Assembly (NCBI RefSeq): GCF_000142905.1
Contig: NW_013657675.1
Span: forward strand, 310,001-374,000
Direction of reading: 5' to 3'
Length of the DNA: 64,000 nt
DNA from: Thecamonas trahens ATCC 50062
Taxonomy: Eukaryota; Protista; Apusomonadida
Shown: positions 23,901 to 31,969 of the stretch, in pieces
Layout: each line of letters begins with the position of its first letter
Position numbering within the stretch: position 1 is the first letter of the stretch
Notes under the pieces: model-generated
What the model saw: the letters and a program-made list of their open reading frames with translations, nothing else
The model's database searches: none
Told to the model about the DNA's origin: nothing
Position numbers and translations under genes: made by a program

Positions 23901-26105
23901 ACGCCCGGCGGCGTTGACGACGTCATGGCCACCCGCGAGTCACTCGGCGGTCTAGGGGATCCGCTCTTCCGTGACGGTGTCATCCAGTGCGCGCTGGCGA
24001 TCATCCCGCAAGAGGTCTCGCTGCCGTCATCGCTTTCAGCACTGTATGTCCACCAAGCCGCGAGCTTCGCGCTGGCTGATGCTGACGTCCTCGATGTGGT
24101 ACTCACGCTCACCCGCGAATACAACGGCGTCTACGCCGCCAACGTCGTTGTCCACGGCATTCATTCGGTCAGTGGCGCCTCGATGGTGGCCGAAGAGTGG
24201 TACGGCCTGAGATACAAGGTTGTTCGCCACGATCCGACGCGCCCGGCGGCAGCCGACCTTCTCGCGCCCAGCGCTCGTGACAACACCGTGCTGAACAAGA
24301 CTATGAGCGAAGCAGCCTTTGCCTTTGGTATAGAGCTTCCCAAGCTCGCGGTCTGCGCCGCTGAGCTCCCGTTTCAGGCCGTCGGCAGGCCTGCCGGAGT
24401 GCAGGCTATGATCAAGACGGCGCGGCGCAAGGCCCAGGCTGAGATGGTGACAGATCTCGTTGGCAGTCATGCCAAGCTCGGCCACAGCCCTACCGGCGCG
24501 CCACACCTGGTATTGCGGTCGCCAGGAAGCTCGAAAGCCGAGACTGGGCTCTCGTTTTCGTACACTGAGCGAGTGCTGGCGGCGGCGTGTGACGATGGCA
24601 GCGCTGGATTTGGCTCCGCCGTCGGCATCGACGTGGTGGCGCTCCGCGACGACGCGTCGCGCGTCACCGCCGCCATGCTCCCACACAAGAGCCATCGCAA
24701 GGTGGTGGTCTGGCTCACCTCGGGCGGATATGGCAAGGTGAGTGTAGATAGCGCCCACGTGGCGCGGGCGCGAATCTGGGCAGCGCTCGAGGCGGCGTTC
24801 AAAGCCCGTGGGCCGCTTGCTGATGCAAGCCGCGGATGGAGTGATGCAAGCGTTGGTGTCCTCCGCCGCCGCGGCGATGCAGTCCTGCTCTGGGTTGAGG
24901 GCCCGAACGGCGCCGGACGCGAAGGCAAGCACCTTGTTCTCACTCTCCCGCTACAGCTGACCCGATCGGGTAAGATTATGACTGCTGTGACCGCGCGCGA
25001 AGCCGGCCTGGACACGCTCGGGCTGGTAGTGCCCGGGCCGCAGCTGGGGTGGAACCTCGGCATTGCGCTCTCGCCCGAGCCCAGCAACTCGTCAGACATC
25101 GCGTTCACCATACGGCACCGCATGGCGGTCTCATTCCACGACACCGGCTCCGCAAGCGCCACGTTCCTCTTTGCGCGATTGTACGACGTCATCGGGCGGA
25201 CGCGCGAGCTGTCGATGCGGTACTCGCCCGAGGCTCTCTCCGAGGCTACCAGGTTTTCCGAGGGCGAGGTGGCGTCGGTGAGTGACTGGGTCCATGTCGT
25301 GCGCGTTCGCGAGATCGAGGTCAAGGACGTACTCCAGGTCGAGTTCCGAGCGGTGAGCGTGACCGAGGCGTCCGCCGTTTTCTCAATCCGCATGCTTGCC
25401 GGGCGCAGCGGGACCGAGTTTGTACCGGTTGCCTACGCCACGCTCGGTATCTCAGCAGTGCGTGTTGAAGGCCGCGAGGCTGCGCGGACGCCATGGACCG
25501 CGGCGTTTATGCGGTTCTTGTGCGCCATGGCGCCAAGAGTCTCGTACGCAGAAGCATCGCAGGCGGTGTTCCGATCGGTGCTTGATGGCTCAGTCCTCGC
25601 GTCGCCGTCGTGGCACGGCGGCGTGGCGTGCCAGGCCGACTGGGGCGTCGACGATGCCGAGTGGGCCGAGGCCAGGGCGGCGCCGGCGACCGATCTTGGC
25701 GGGCAGATTTGGGCCTCGTCCGAACGCGGTGGTGCAGTTGTCCACGTCTGGCAGCACACAACGGATCGGATGGCCAGTAACTTTGTGGGCAACGTGTACT
25801 TTGCCGAGTACGGAGCGTGGATGGGCGCGGCGTGGGAGTCGCTCATCCACGACGTCGATGCCGCCGCCGAGGCCGCCGGCAGCCTCCGCGTCCACGAATC
25901 CAACATTGTGTACGAGGTCGAGTCGTTCCCGTTCGACTCGCTGTCGTGCGAGGTTGGCATCGCCGCTGTTCATGACACCGGCGTGGTCGTCGACTTTGTC
26001 TTTCGCCGCCCGGGCGTGGTTCTTGCCCGCGGCCGGCAGGTGTACTGCGGCGAGATGGGGCCAGGCCTGCACAACGTGCTCGATCGGGTGATGGCTTCAG
26101 TTTAG
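17931..26105 (+). CDS. pksE: Enediyne-type iterative type I polyketide synthase (KS-AT-ACP-KR-DH-PPTase) with two fused hot-dog thioesterase domains
   Basis: KS: DGACASS (Cys 18588), EGHGTGT, GHTKAASG. AT: AGQGTQ, GHSLG (20070), APFH. ACP: LYLDSIK (21429). KR: SGGGKGITAEC, YGSAN. DH: YLADHSIGGSVVVP, GDPLFRD. PPTase: VGIDVV, RIWAALEAAFKA. TE: IGRTRE and SNFVGNVYFAEY. PKSE-diagnostic KS strings STDVVHWLAL and VGNTLTGETSRASLMRLRWPFV. Confidence 0.92.
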   Translation: MPRLAVVGAACNYPGSQSLKELWENVLASRRQFRDVPDERLPLGDYGAPEGGNGEGEFNEYDPDWKDKTTAKYAAVLDGVSVNAREWRANKAKVASTDVVHWLALQVAASALDSVDLPAKLNEGFGVIVGNTLTGETSRASLMRLRWPFVERELRETAAGQGLAPEAIDALVSGLKTRYKAAFAETTEDTLAGALSNTIAGHVSKHYGLQGCAYTVDGACASSALAVAVAADQLAAGNLDVALVGGVDISLDPLELVGFSRAGALSSTDMNVYGAAADGFFPGEGCGFVVIMRADDATDLGLPILSFLDGWGISADGYEGIMRPFLDGQALAISRAYARASFDPRDTHFVEGHGTGTPTGDPIELGAIHKVLAAATADAGEPAVEPACIGVTSIKSIIGHTKAASGIAAFLKAVLGVNQRVIPPMAGIQLDSVAPALAKLPGVYPVIHGRALALDTDMHAASSSMGFGGINVHLIVSSTAASPPLQLLGGPDHLARERYLASAQDAELLVFNAPSLTGLLAELTEAADILSRASWAEVADYAAHLAAAAAASDADLCAATVAAVVTSLAHAQSLVADAIAAASDALALAPVVLPESLYASFAPSWKAADPELVWVCAGQGTQRAGMALQLCRRFSATHRAELLGIDPNSELAAEVEAVVTAALDVHLPVLAAPHPQLLATLKDDAQRVLAVTEALWIGLLRRCGVPCGAVAGHSLGDVIALYAAGVFDFATLWQVVDARARAFASAPSGGMAVMRGSADAAAALLASVPTGNQLVVANINAPDRIVLAGPPDAIATAVAAGADAGLPGAVLASVSAPFHTPSMADVAASFEAALLAILEETTLAKPSVPVYSSCRGGELELSAMASPAALATYLAQCVASPVDYVGVVAAATAAGHKLGIEIGSYTHDMTRMTRRCGDALKLLPVEARPGCFGAFLDLVARSVAAAPATLALHPLFDHRFVREWVDPRSRTFIVNPCESPIYGPPLQDATKLRSRVATVSASIRDRGASAANDRGSDVRAAARRAAARRKDHKAARSKTNSGKPRSKAAVAFETAVVPSLATAGDAATNEALAKYLAVRGKYLASLIEADMRKGGVQAAIEAADAAAEAKRQQRIRAMSVAATAAVLTAEPSMTAALVLEVVVDLASEAASFAAAPTTQLLELYLDSIKSVRFITDIAVALGLDASLVNPTSPDWQKPMTLASLAKRMHILCESSGGAGQRAGPASGGLASGASQSVWSWLGIFDEMPLPLFPNPDPIASIESATLVVHVGDDSAAAAHNVASGLGLAEPTIVIDLAADAAAAAAAAAAASYLIVVAPQIPDPATSAGAAVTATATVMATLGRLVRAVGDVWRMEDRCGGRINDGGIIYVLHGDGPVPLRGFAASALLEAGSYVPAAVVTCEPSLSPADAGRFTAALLTRCPLEPKFVIATTSGPAPADGKSWIAFRHPRPYSFDSSPLLLDAPALASSAVAVAPVSEAAAVVSWCDALARGGDAPRSTLGAVVVSGGGKGITAECIFRAAAYLSLTRLVLVGTSPASHPQVTATLERMARVPGLQARYYVADVTDRPSVDAMLEALSADEPSWEVVGLVHGAATNKPAATDELGSGDAAARDMQVKVCGAAVLLDALHTSPRARGEPGLEFIVGLSSIIAATGMFSAGVYGSANLLMERVFGSVASSVPVVLIRYGVWEEVGMGARMGSVEFMEASGMTPLSVEAGSRAFVELLAEALVADNLAAPIVAVVASRLGGLATWCNGWNCSHPRVRNAAGASILSNAPAFDSVAALEPNLELTLVRKMSIQNARYLADHSIGGSVVVPAAVELALCVQAAAGLHAPLHPPASTKPSWKDVSAGSIVCRDFAFPLALDVHRRRGAVVAVTAANWTAAPRLDGQAHPWSVVWVQNEFGKLTATGCVGIVTTDTLADGAFARCAAPLKLLADARSSSPTYIDVKADIYEPGLLFHTSVFRRISAIRALMWDEAAGRGHVIARVSRTPGGVDDVMATRESLGGLGDPLFRDGVIQCALAIIPQEVSLPSSLSALYVHQAASFALADADVLDVVLTLTREYNGVYAANVVVHGIHSVSGASMVAEEWYGLRYKVVRHDPTRPAAADLLAPSARDNTVLNKTMSEAAFAFGIELPKLAVCAAELPFQAVGRPAGVQAMIKTARRKAQAEMVTDLVGSHAKLGHSPTGAPHLVLRSPGSSKAETGLSFSYTERVLAAACDDGSAGFGSAVGIDVVALRDDASRVTAAMLPHKSHRKVVVWLTSGGYGKVSVDSAHVARARIWAALEAAFKARGPLADASRGWSDASVGVLRRRGDAVLLWVEGPNGAGREGKHLVLTLPLQLTRSGKIMTAVTAREAGLDTLGLVVPGPQLGWNLGIALSPEPSNSSDIAFTIRHRMAVSFHDTGSASATFLFARLYDVIGRTRELSMRYSPEALSEATRFSEGEVASVSDWVHVVRVREIEVKDVLQVEFRAVSVTEASAVFSIRMLAGRSGTEFVPVAYATLGISAVRVEGREAARTPWTAAFMRFLCAMAPRVSYAEASQAVFRSVLDGSVLASPSWHGGVACQADWGVDDAEWAEARAAPATDLGGQIWASSERGGAVVHVWQHTTDRMASNFVGNVYFAEYGAWMGAAWESLIHDVDAAAEAAGSLRVHESNIVYEVESFPFDSLSCEVGIAAVHDTGVVVDFVFRRPGVVLARGRQVYCGEMGPGLHNVLDRVMASV

Positions 26106-26119
26106 CGGCATAGAGCAGA

Positions 26120-28165
26120 TCAAAGGCGCACGCCGCCGGAAATGATGTCGGCGTGGAGCTTGGGTGTGAGTGGGACAAAGGTGTTGCCTGAGAGGAAGTA
26201 AATGTCGGGGACATATTCGGGGTCAATGCCTTCGTCGCGGAGCTGGACCTTCTTGTGCTTGTACGTGCCGGTGAGATCCATGGCCGGGAGAAAGCGGAGG
26301 AAGAGCGGAACGGCATATGAGGCGAGGTGCGTGCGGATGTGAGCGGCAAAGCCGGTAAAGTCAAAGGCATCAGGCGAGGCGCCGACAATGGCCACCAGGC
26401 CAGCTCGGCCGGAGTACTCGCCGACGGTCACGCCGTAGACGTTGCACTCGAGCGGGGCCGGATCGGTGAAGCGGGCGCATACCTCAGCAACCTCCGAAGT
26501 GGCCACGTTCTCGCCCTTCCAGCGGAACGTGTCGCCGATGCGGTCAACAAAGTAGACAAAACCTTCGTCGTCGCGCTTGAGCAGGTCGCCTGAGCGGAAC
26601 CAGGCATCGCCTTGCTTGAACACATCCTTGAGCACCTTTTTCGACGATGCCGTCGATGAAGTGTAGCCCGAGTAGTTGGTCGCGCCCGACTTGAACTTGA
26701 TGATCTTGGCGATAAACTCGCCAGCCTCGTCGGTCTCGACCGCGATGCACCTGCCGTCGGGTCCGCGAACCACCTCTTCGGTCATGCGGTCAAATTTGAC
26801 GATTTGCTGCGGGAGAATGGCCTGCAGCGGTTGCGAGATGTATCCGATTGAGTTGTCCTTGTCCTCCAGGTTGAGAATGGCGGCCGCGCCCTCAGTGGCG
26901 GCGTAGAACTCGAGGATGCGGTCTACGCCGAACCGGGTCTTGAACTTGGACCACACGTCTGGCCGGAGACCGTTGCCGATGGCCAGGCGGACCGAGTTGT
27001 CGGCGTCACGAGGGTGCGCCGGCGCCGCGAGTAGGTAGCGGCAGAGTTCGCCGATGTACTGCACAATGGTGACGTCGTACTTGACCACGTCGGCTGTGTA
27101 CCGTGAAGCCGAGAACTTGGACCGGAGAACCATCATGGCACCGCCATACAACACCATACCCACGCCAATCATACCGGCGGCAGAGTGGTAGAGCGGGAGG
27201 ACGGTGTAGACTCGGTCGTCGGGCGTGACCTTGGCAAAGATCGAGAACGCCGACGCCGCAGTCAGGTAGCGGAAGTGGGTCACGATGGCGGCCTTGGGCA
27301 GGCCGGTCGTGCCCGAGGTGTAGATATAGAGCAGTGGGTCACGCGTCTTGACTCCACGAGCGTACCCACGGCTCTCAGCTGGCACCGGCTTGATCGAGAG
27401 GCTTGACCAGCCGATGGCAGACGCGCCGTCGACCCGCGCGAGCTCGTCGGCCGCATCGTCGTCAAGGCAGGCGAGCAGAACGTCCGAGTGCAGGCCACGG
27501 AGCTCGTCGCGGACAGCGGCGACAACGTTGGCAAGTGCAGCATCAAACAGTACGGCCTGCGCGCCCGAGACCGCGATCGAGTGCATCAGCACATCGCCAG
27601 TCTGGTTGGTGTTGACCAGCGCGGCACGGACGCCGACCTTGGCCAGGCCTAGCCAGACGGCAATGTACCGCGGGCGGTTGTAGCCAAACACCGCGACAAT
27701 GGTGCCAGGCTCGAGGCCGGCGTCTAGCGCCCAGTGCGCCACCTGGTTGGCGGCGTCGTCCATCTGGCCAAAGGTAAAGTACTCGCCAGAGTCAACATGG
27801 GCAAAGGCCGGGGCGCCACGGCCGCGCCAAGCCACGGTCGACTCCCAGAGCTGATCCACAGTTGTGTTCTTCCGGTCCGCGTTCTTGAGATACAGCTGGA
27901 TGCGGACTCCACCGACGAGCATCCGTACATCGCGCATTCTCAGACCCTTTTTGGAGACAAGGAAAGCAAGGCCAGCAGCAGCGACGCCAGCCAGGACCAG
28001 CAGGACCAGCCACAGAGCACACACCAGCCACCAGAGCACAGGCCCCAGCACAAGGCCAACAACAAGTCCCGAAACTCCCGGCGAGTGGCGGACCAAGCTC
28101 CTCATGCCCTCCTTCACTCGTCCCACCATGCTCGTTGCGCTCGCTCGGCTCGTTGTTCCTGACAT
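26120..28165 (-). CDS. Fatty acid transport protein / very-long-chain acyl-CoA synthetase (SLC27/FATP family)
   Basis: N-terminal TM; YIYTSGTTGLPKAA; QYIGELCRYL; GNGLRPDVW; EFYAATEG; FVDRIGDTFRWKGENV. Confidence 0.95.
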   Translation of the reverse strand: MSGTTSRASATSMVGRVKEGMRSLVRHSPGVSGLVVGLVLGPVLWWLVCALWLVLLVLAGVAAAGLAFLVSKKGLRMRDVRMLVGGVRIQLYLKNADRKNTTVDQLWESTVAWRGRGAPAFAHVDSGEYFTFGQMDDAANQVAHWALDAGLEPGTIVAVFGYNRPRYIAVWLGLAKVGVRAALVNTNQTGDVLMHSIAVSGAQAVLFDAALANVVAAVRDELRGLHSDVLLACLDDDAADELARVDGASAIGWSSLSIKPVPAESRGYARGVKTRDPLLYIYTSGTTGLPKAAIVTHFRYLTAASAFSIFAKVTPDDRVYTVLPLYHSAAGMIGVGMVLYGGAMMVLRSKFSASRYTADVVKYDVTIVQYIGELCRYLLAAPAHPRDADNSVRLAIGNGLRPDVWSKFKTRFGVDRILEFYAATEGAAAILNLEDKDNSIGYISQPLQAILPQQIVKFDRMTEEVVRGPDGRCIAVETDEAGEFIAKIIKFKSGATNYSGYTSSTASSKKVLKDVFKQGDAWFRSGDLLKRDDEGFVYFVDRIGDTFRWKGENVATSEVAEVCARFTDPAPLECNVYGVTVGEYSGRAGLVAIVGASPDAFDFTGFAAHIRTHLASYAVPLFLRFLPAMDLTGTYKHKKVQLRDEGIDPEYVPDIYFLSGNTFVPLTPKLHADIISGGVRL

Positions 28166-28299
28166 GCGTTTTTTTAGGGGAGACGTGTGGGCAGACTTTG
28201 GGCTGCAGGTCCAGCTACCAAAGCGCACGACCAATGCAGCTCGGTGTCGGCTTTGCCCAGAGTCACTTCCGATGGCTGTTGTGACGGCGGGAGGTCTTA

Positions 28300-29763
28300 C
28301 TAGAGCAGGTCGATGGAGAGCGGTGCTCGAGGGACGTAGGGCGAGTTGGACGACGACGACGATGACAGCGCCGACGCCGGAGACGAGGTCGATGAGGTTG
28401 ATGGCGAGTCAAAGTCGTCGATGGCGTATGTAGGCGACGGCGAGACGGCATCGACAGGAACGGGCAGACTGGTACCTGCTTTGGCTCTGTCGTCCGCACT
28501 GGAGAGCGAGGCCTCGAGATCCGAGATGAGCTCGTCCAGCTCGGCACGGAGCTCGGGATCATTGGCCGGTGACGGCATCCCTGTTGGACTTGTCGCGCCA
28601 GACATGCTGTGTGCAAGTGGTGTTGCCGGAGGCGATGCTTGCAGATCAGGAGACGGCTGAGGTCGGACCGGAGGTGAGTTGGGAAGCGGGCGCGGGTTGG
28701 CAAAGGCGCGAAAGAGCCGCTGCTCGCGAGCGGCAGTCCGCGCGGCGTCGCGCTTGCGTTGCGCAATGGCGGACCGCCGCAGCACCTCGGAGCGCGTCAG
28801 TCGCGGCTCAGAGGGCTCTTCCGTCCGGAGCGTAGCCCGGAGCGTGCGATCCATGTGTTCGGCCCGCCGAGAGGCAGCGGCGGCGGCCTTTAGCTCGCCC
28901 AGCTCTGACAAGAGAGCGTCGACCACGCCTGGGCGCGATCCAAGCGCGCTCAGCCGGAGCGGGTCTGTCCGTGGCTGTGGCACTGGCTCCGGTGACCGGT
29001 TACGACGGACACGTCTCACTCTCACCTTTGTCCGCACGCTTGTCTGTAAGTTGGCGGCCGACGCGCTGTTCTCCGCCGCAGCCGGCGCCAGGGCTGGCGC
29101 GGATGCTGGTTCCGAGCCGTCGTTCTCAAAGAACAGCGCCGGCGGGCAAAAGGTGTCGGGCAGCGGCGGCGGCGACGGACTGCGCTCCCTCGACGTTGCC
29201 TCTGTCTCCTCGGCGAGGTCTGGTGCAACAGCAGCATCATCGGCGACAGGCTCCGGCGGCGGCGGCGTTGGGCGGGTGGCTGCGACGCGTGCCAAGTGGG
29301 CGAGCAGCTGCGGCCCGCGGTCGAGCAGGCGGACAGCGAGCCCGATCTTGGCAATCTCATTGCCAACGGGGTCGTACATGTAGTACATGCCGCGGACGAG
29401 ACCGTGGGTAGCGAGCGGTGCGTCGAGCGGCTGCCTGAGATCGATAGATGCGGCAGCGCAGAGCAGCGGCTTTGACGGATCTGCTACGTCGAGCAAGAGC
29501 ACCACAAGCGGAGAAGCACGGAGAACACGGCGAAGCTCGTCCGGAGCCATGGCAAACAAACTCGACTTGCCACGGGAGAAGACAAGGTCGTCGCCGCTCG
29601 AGACAGCCGCCGCGCCATTTGGCGCCATCACCACCAGCGGCTGAAAGTCGCCAAGGACAAACGAGACAGCGGCGGCGCCCAGAGCAGCACGGAGGCCAAA
29701 CACGGCCTCAACATACACCTCAAGGGTGTATGCTGTCTCTTGCTTGCTTTCGGCACACGCCAT
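28300..29763 (-). CDS. MAP10 (KIAA1383)-like microtubule-associated protein: N-terminal C2-like domain and low-complexity tail
   Basis: YTLEVYVE...AVSFVLGDFQPLVV...FSRGKSSLF...SPLVVLLL...RGMYYMYDPVGNEIAKIGLAVRLLDRG resembles the MAP10 N-terminus. Confidence 0.7.
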   Translation of the reverse strand: MACAESKQETAYTLEVYVEAVFGLRAALGAAAVSFVLGDFQPLVVMAPNGAAAVSSGDDLVFSRGKSSLFAMAPDELRRVLRASPLVVLLLDVADPSKPLLCAAASIDLRQPLDAPLATHGLVRGMYYMYDPVGNEIAKIGLAVRLLDRGPQLLAHLARVAATRPTPPPPEPVADDAAVAPDLAEETEATSRERSPSPPPLPDTFCPPALFFENDGSEPASAPALAPAAAENSASAANLQTSVRTKVRVRRVRRNRSPEPVPQPRTDPLRLSALGSRPGVVDALLSELGELKAAAAASRRAEHMDRTLRATLRTEEPSEPRLTRSEVLRRSAIAQRKRDAARTAAREQRLFRAFANPRPLPNSPPVRPQPSPDLQASPPATPLAHSMSGATSPTGMPSPANDPELRAELDELISDLEASLSSADDRAKAGTSLPVPVDAVSPSPTYAIDDFDSPSTSSTSSPASALSSSSSSNSPYVPRAPLSIDLL

Positions 29764-30118
29764 GCTCGAGGCCGAGTCGCGTGTGGTGTAGTGTGTGGCG
29801 TGCGTGGTGGACAGTTGCGGCGCGCGCTGACACCGCCGCGGCAGCTGCCAGGCCAGGGCAAGCTGGTGTGATGCCGATCTCACACGCTGACGAGCTCGTG
29901 CACACCGGGCGTAGCTATCGTGGTGGCGTCGACAAGAAGCCATGCTGTCAGACGCTAGCTACCTGTTTATGACTGGTATCGTCCTCTGCTGTCCATGATG
30001 GGGGGACTACGCCCATGGCAGCTGGGGCTGCAACGTTGTGCCGATCGGGCTGGTGATCAGGTAGGTGATGAGACTGGTGTTCGGCTGGCTTGGATCGCCG
30101 GCTCGCAATGACAAACCA

Positions 30119-30646
30119 TCAGTACCAGAATGTCGAAGAATGATCTGGAGGAGCCCAGTCTCGGCGATGGGGATCGTGGGCCTCGTGGGGGTAGAAGTAC
30201 CCGGTGACGCCTGGCCACGGCGGACGGGTATTTTCTGAGCTAGCGAGTTCGTCGAGACTGTGCAGATCGGAGACTCGCGAGTAGATGACGTGGCCGAGCA
30301 TATACTTGCGCTCATGGTCGTCATCGGCAACGGCAGCCTCGACCAGCCGGGCGAGAGCCAGGCCCTGCGACGGGGAGAAGACCAGATCCTCGACCATCGG
30401 CCAGAGCAGCGTGGGCGTGATCGAGTCCATGGCGTGTATGGCGTCACCGAGAGCCTCAAAGGCAGCTTGATCCACGTTCTCACGCGCCCTCACAGCAGCC
30501 CACGCAGCAGCTTTGGCCGCCTTCTCGGCCTTTTCCAACGAGCCGAGCTCACGACCCTTGGCCACATCCTGTGCACACTTTGAGCAATACGGCGAGTCGC
30601 CACCGGCATAGAACCCGCACCCACCCTTGCACTGTTGAGCAGACAT
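30119..30646 (-). CDS. Small protein with N-terminal A20-type zinc finger
   Basis: CKGGCGFYAGGDSPYCSKC; remainder unrecognised. Confidence 0.65.
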   Translation of the reverse strand: MSAQQCKGGCGFYAGGDSPYCSKCAQDVAKGRELGSLEKAEKAAKAAAWAAVRARENVDQAAFEALGDAIHAMDSITPTLLWPMVEDLVFSPSQGLALARLVEAAVADDDHERKYMLGHVIYSRVSDLHSLDELASSENTRPPWPGVTGYFYPHEAHDPHRRDWAPPDHSSTFWY

Positions 30647-30924
30647 TGATGTGTGAAGCAATGTGTGCGGTGTTGTGAATGTCAGTGAGTGTGTCTGTGT
30701 ACGATGTGTGCCGGGTGGACAACACAGTTCTTCCATTCATTTCCATGCCTTCCACTGCCGGCGAGCGAGCGGCAGTTCAAGGTATCCTCCGCGCCTCGCA
30801 TCGAAGCGTCCGGCGCCATTGCTCTCGTTCTCCTCTCCAACAACTCCTCGCTGCCAAACTCTGCGGATAGCGGTCAGCTTGGCTTCCGAGGATGAGGCCC
30901 GTGATCGGGGCCAGACGAGCTCGC

Positions 30925-31854
30925 TCAGTCCAGATCATCCATGTCTTCGACATCACCGGCGGTGGCAGCAGTAGACTCGGTAGAAGGCGGATGTTGCGAG
31001 GCAGCGGCGGCGTACGAGCCGTCGAGGAGCGAGGCACGGCCGTTAGGCGTCTGAGCCAGGATCTTGATGCGGTTGATCTCGTCGAGCGAGTCGACGTTGG
31101 CAAGGATGGCGGCGATGGCGGCCCGTTCATCAGAGGACATGGCCGACGTCGCATCCTTGCTGGGAGCGGCGGCACCCGCTGACGACGGCAAGGCCGCGAG
31201 CGGGTCGAATGTCTTGTGCGCCGCAGCCTCGCCGGGCTTGCCAAACTCGTCGATGGCAGCCAGACGCTCGGCGCGCTTAACCTTGACAAAGTCGATGACC
31301 TGCAGCCGCGGGCAAAGATGCAGCAGGTACAGCCGCATCTTGGGGTTGCGGGCCACCGGGTTACCCACCAGGGAGATGCGACGCAGCGAGGCCGCCAGCT
31401 CTGCCAGCGGGTTGAGGGCGTCGAGCGAGCCGATGACATTGTGGGAGAGGACCAGCGAGCGGAGAGCCGGGAGGGCAGCGCCAAGGCCCGAGTCGACCGA
31501 GCCAATGCGGTTGCTTGCCAGCAGCAGCATGCTCAGCTTGCGCAGCCTTGGAAAACCACCCAGGACCCGAATATGGTTGCCTGAGAGGTCAATGGCCTCA
31601 TACCCGTCCCGTGTGGCGCCAAGGTTCTCAATGGCCGCCAGATTGTTTTCTGCCATTGCCTCTCGGCCCCGCCCAGACGTCAGTCTTCCCTCTCCGCTTC
31701 TCCACAGCGCCCACTACAGGGCCAACCTCACACCTAACCACCTCCTCACACTCGCTCTTGCTTGGTACTTACCCCGGAGGTCAAGCTCAAGAAGCCCGCA
31801 TGGGTTGAGGTAGTGTAGCGCAGTCGCTACCGTGTCGGCGGTGAGGCGCGACAT
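30925..31854 (-). CDS. SNRPA1: U2 snRNP protein A'; exons 31773-31854, 30925-31649
   Basis: MSRLTADTV...ELDLR|ENNLAAIENLGAT...IDLSGNHI...GNPV...LQVIDFVKVKRAER; GTAAGT donor, ACTGAC branch. Confidence 0.93.
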
Positions 31855-31969
31855 GATTGAGTCGAGTGACCAACGCCAATGGTCCGCTTCCTCGCCCTCG
31901 CCCTCCTCGCCCTCCCGTGGCAAAGTCCACGCATCGTTCAATACATGCTATCTCCATCGCACACTCCAG

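Noticed and set aside
17931-26105. PUFA synthase (PfaA) or animal/fungal FAS interpretation of the PKS
   Set aside because: Only one ACP, no ER or chain-length-factor domain, no PfaB/C/D neighbours. C-terminal PPTase and TE plus the KS signature strings fit PKSE
17931-26105. Bacterial contaminant sequence
   Set aside because: No gap separates it from eukaryotic ABCG and FATP genes and intron-containing neighbours, and codon style matches the host. Still merits read-level confirmation
15749-28165. Complete enediyne antibiotic cluster
   Set aside because: No recognisable E3/E4/E5, tailoring, apoprotein or self-resistance genes in the window
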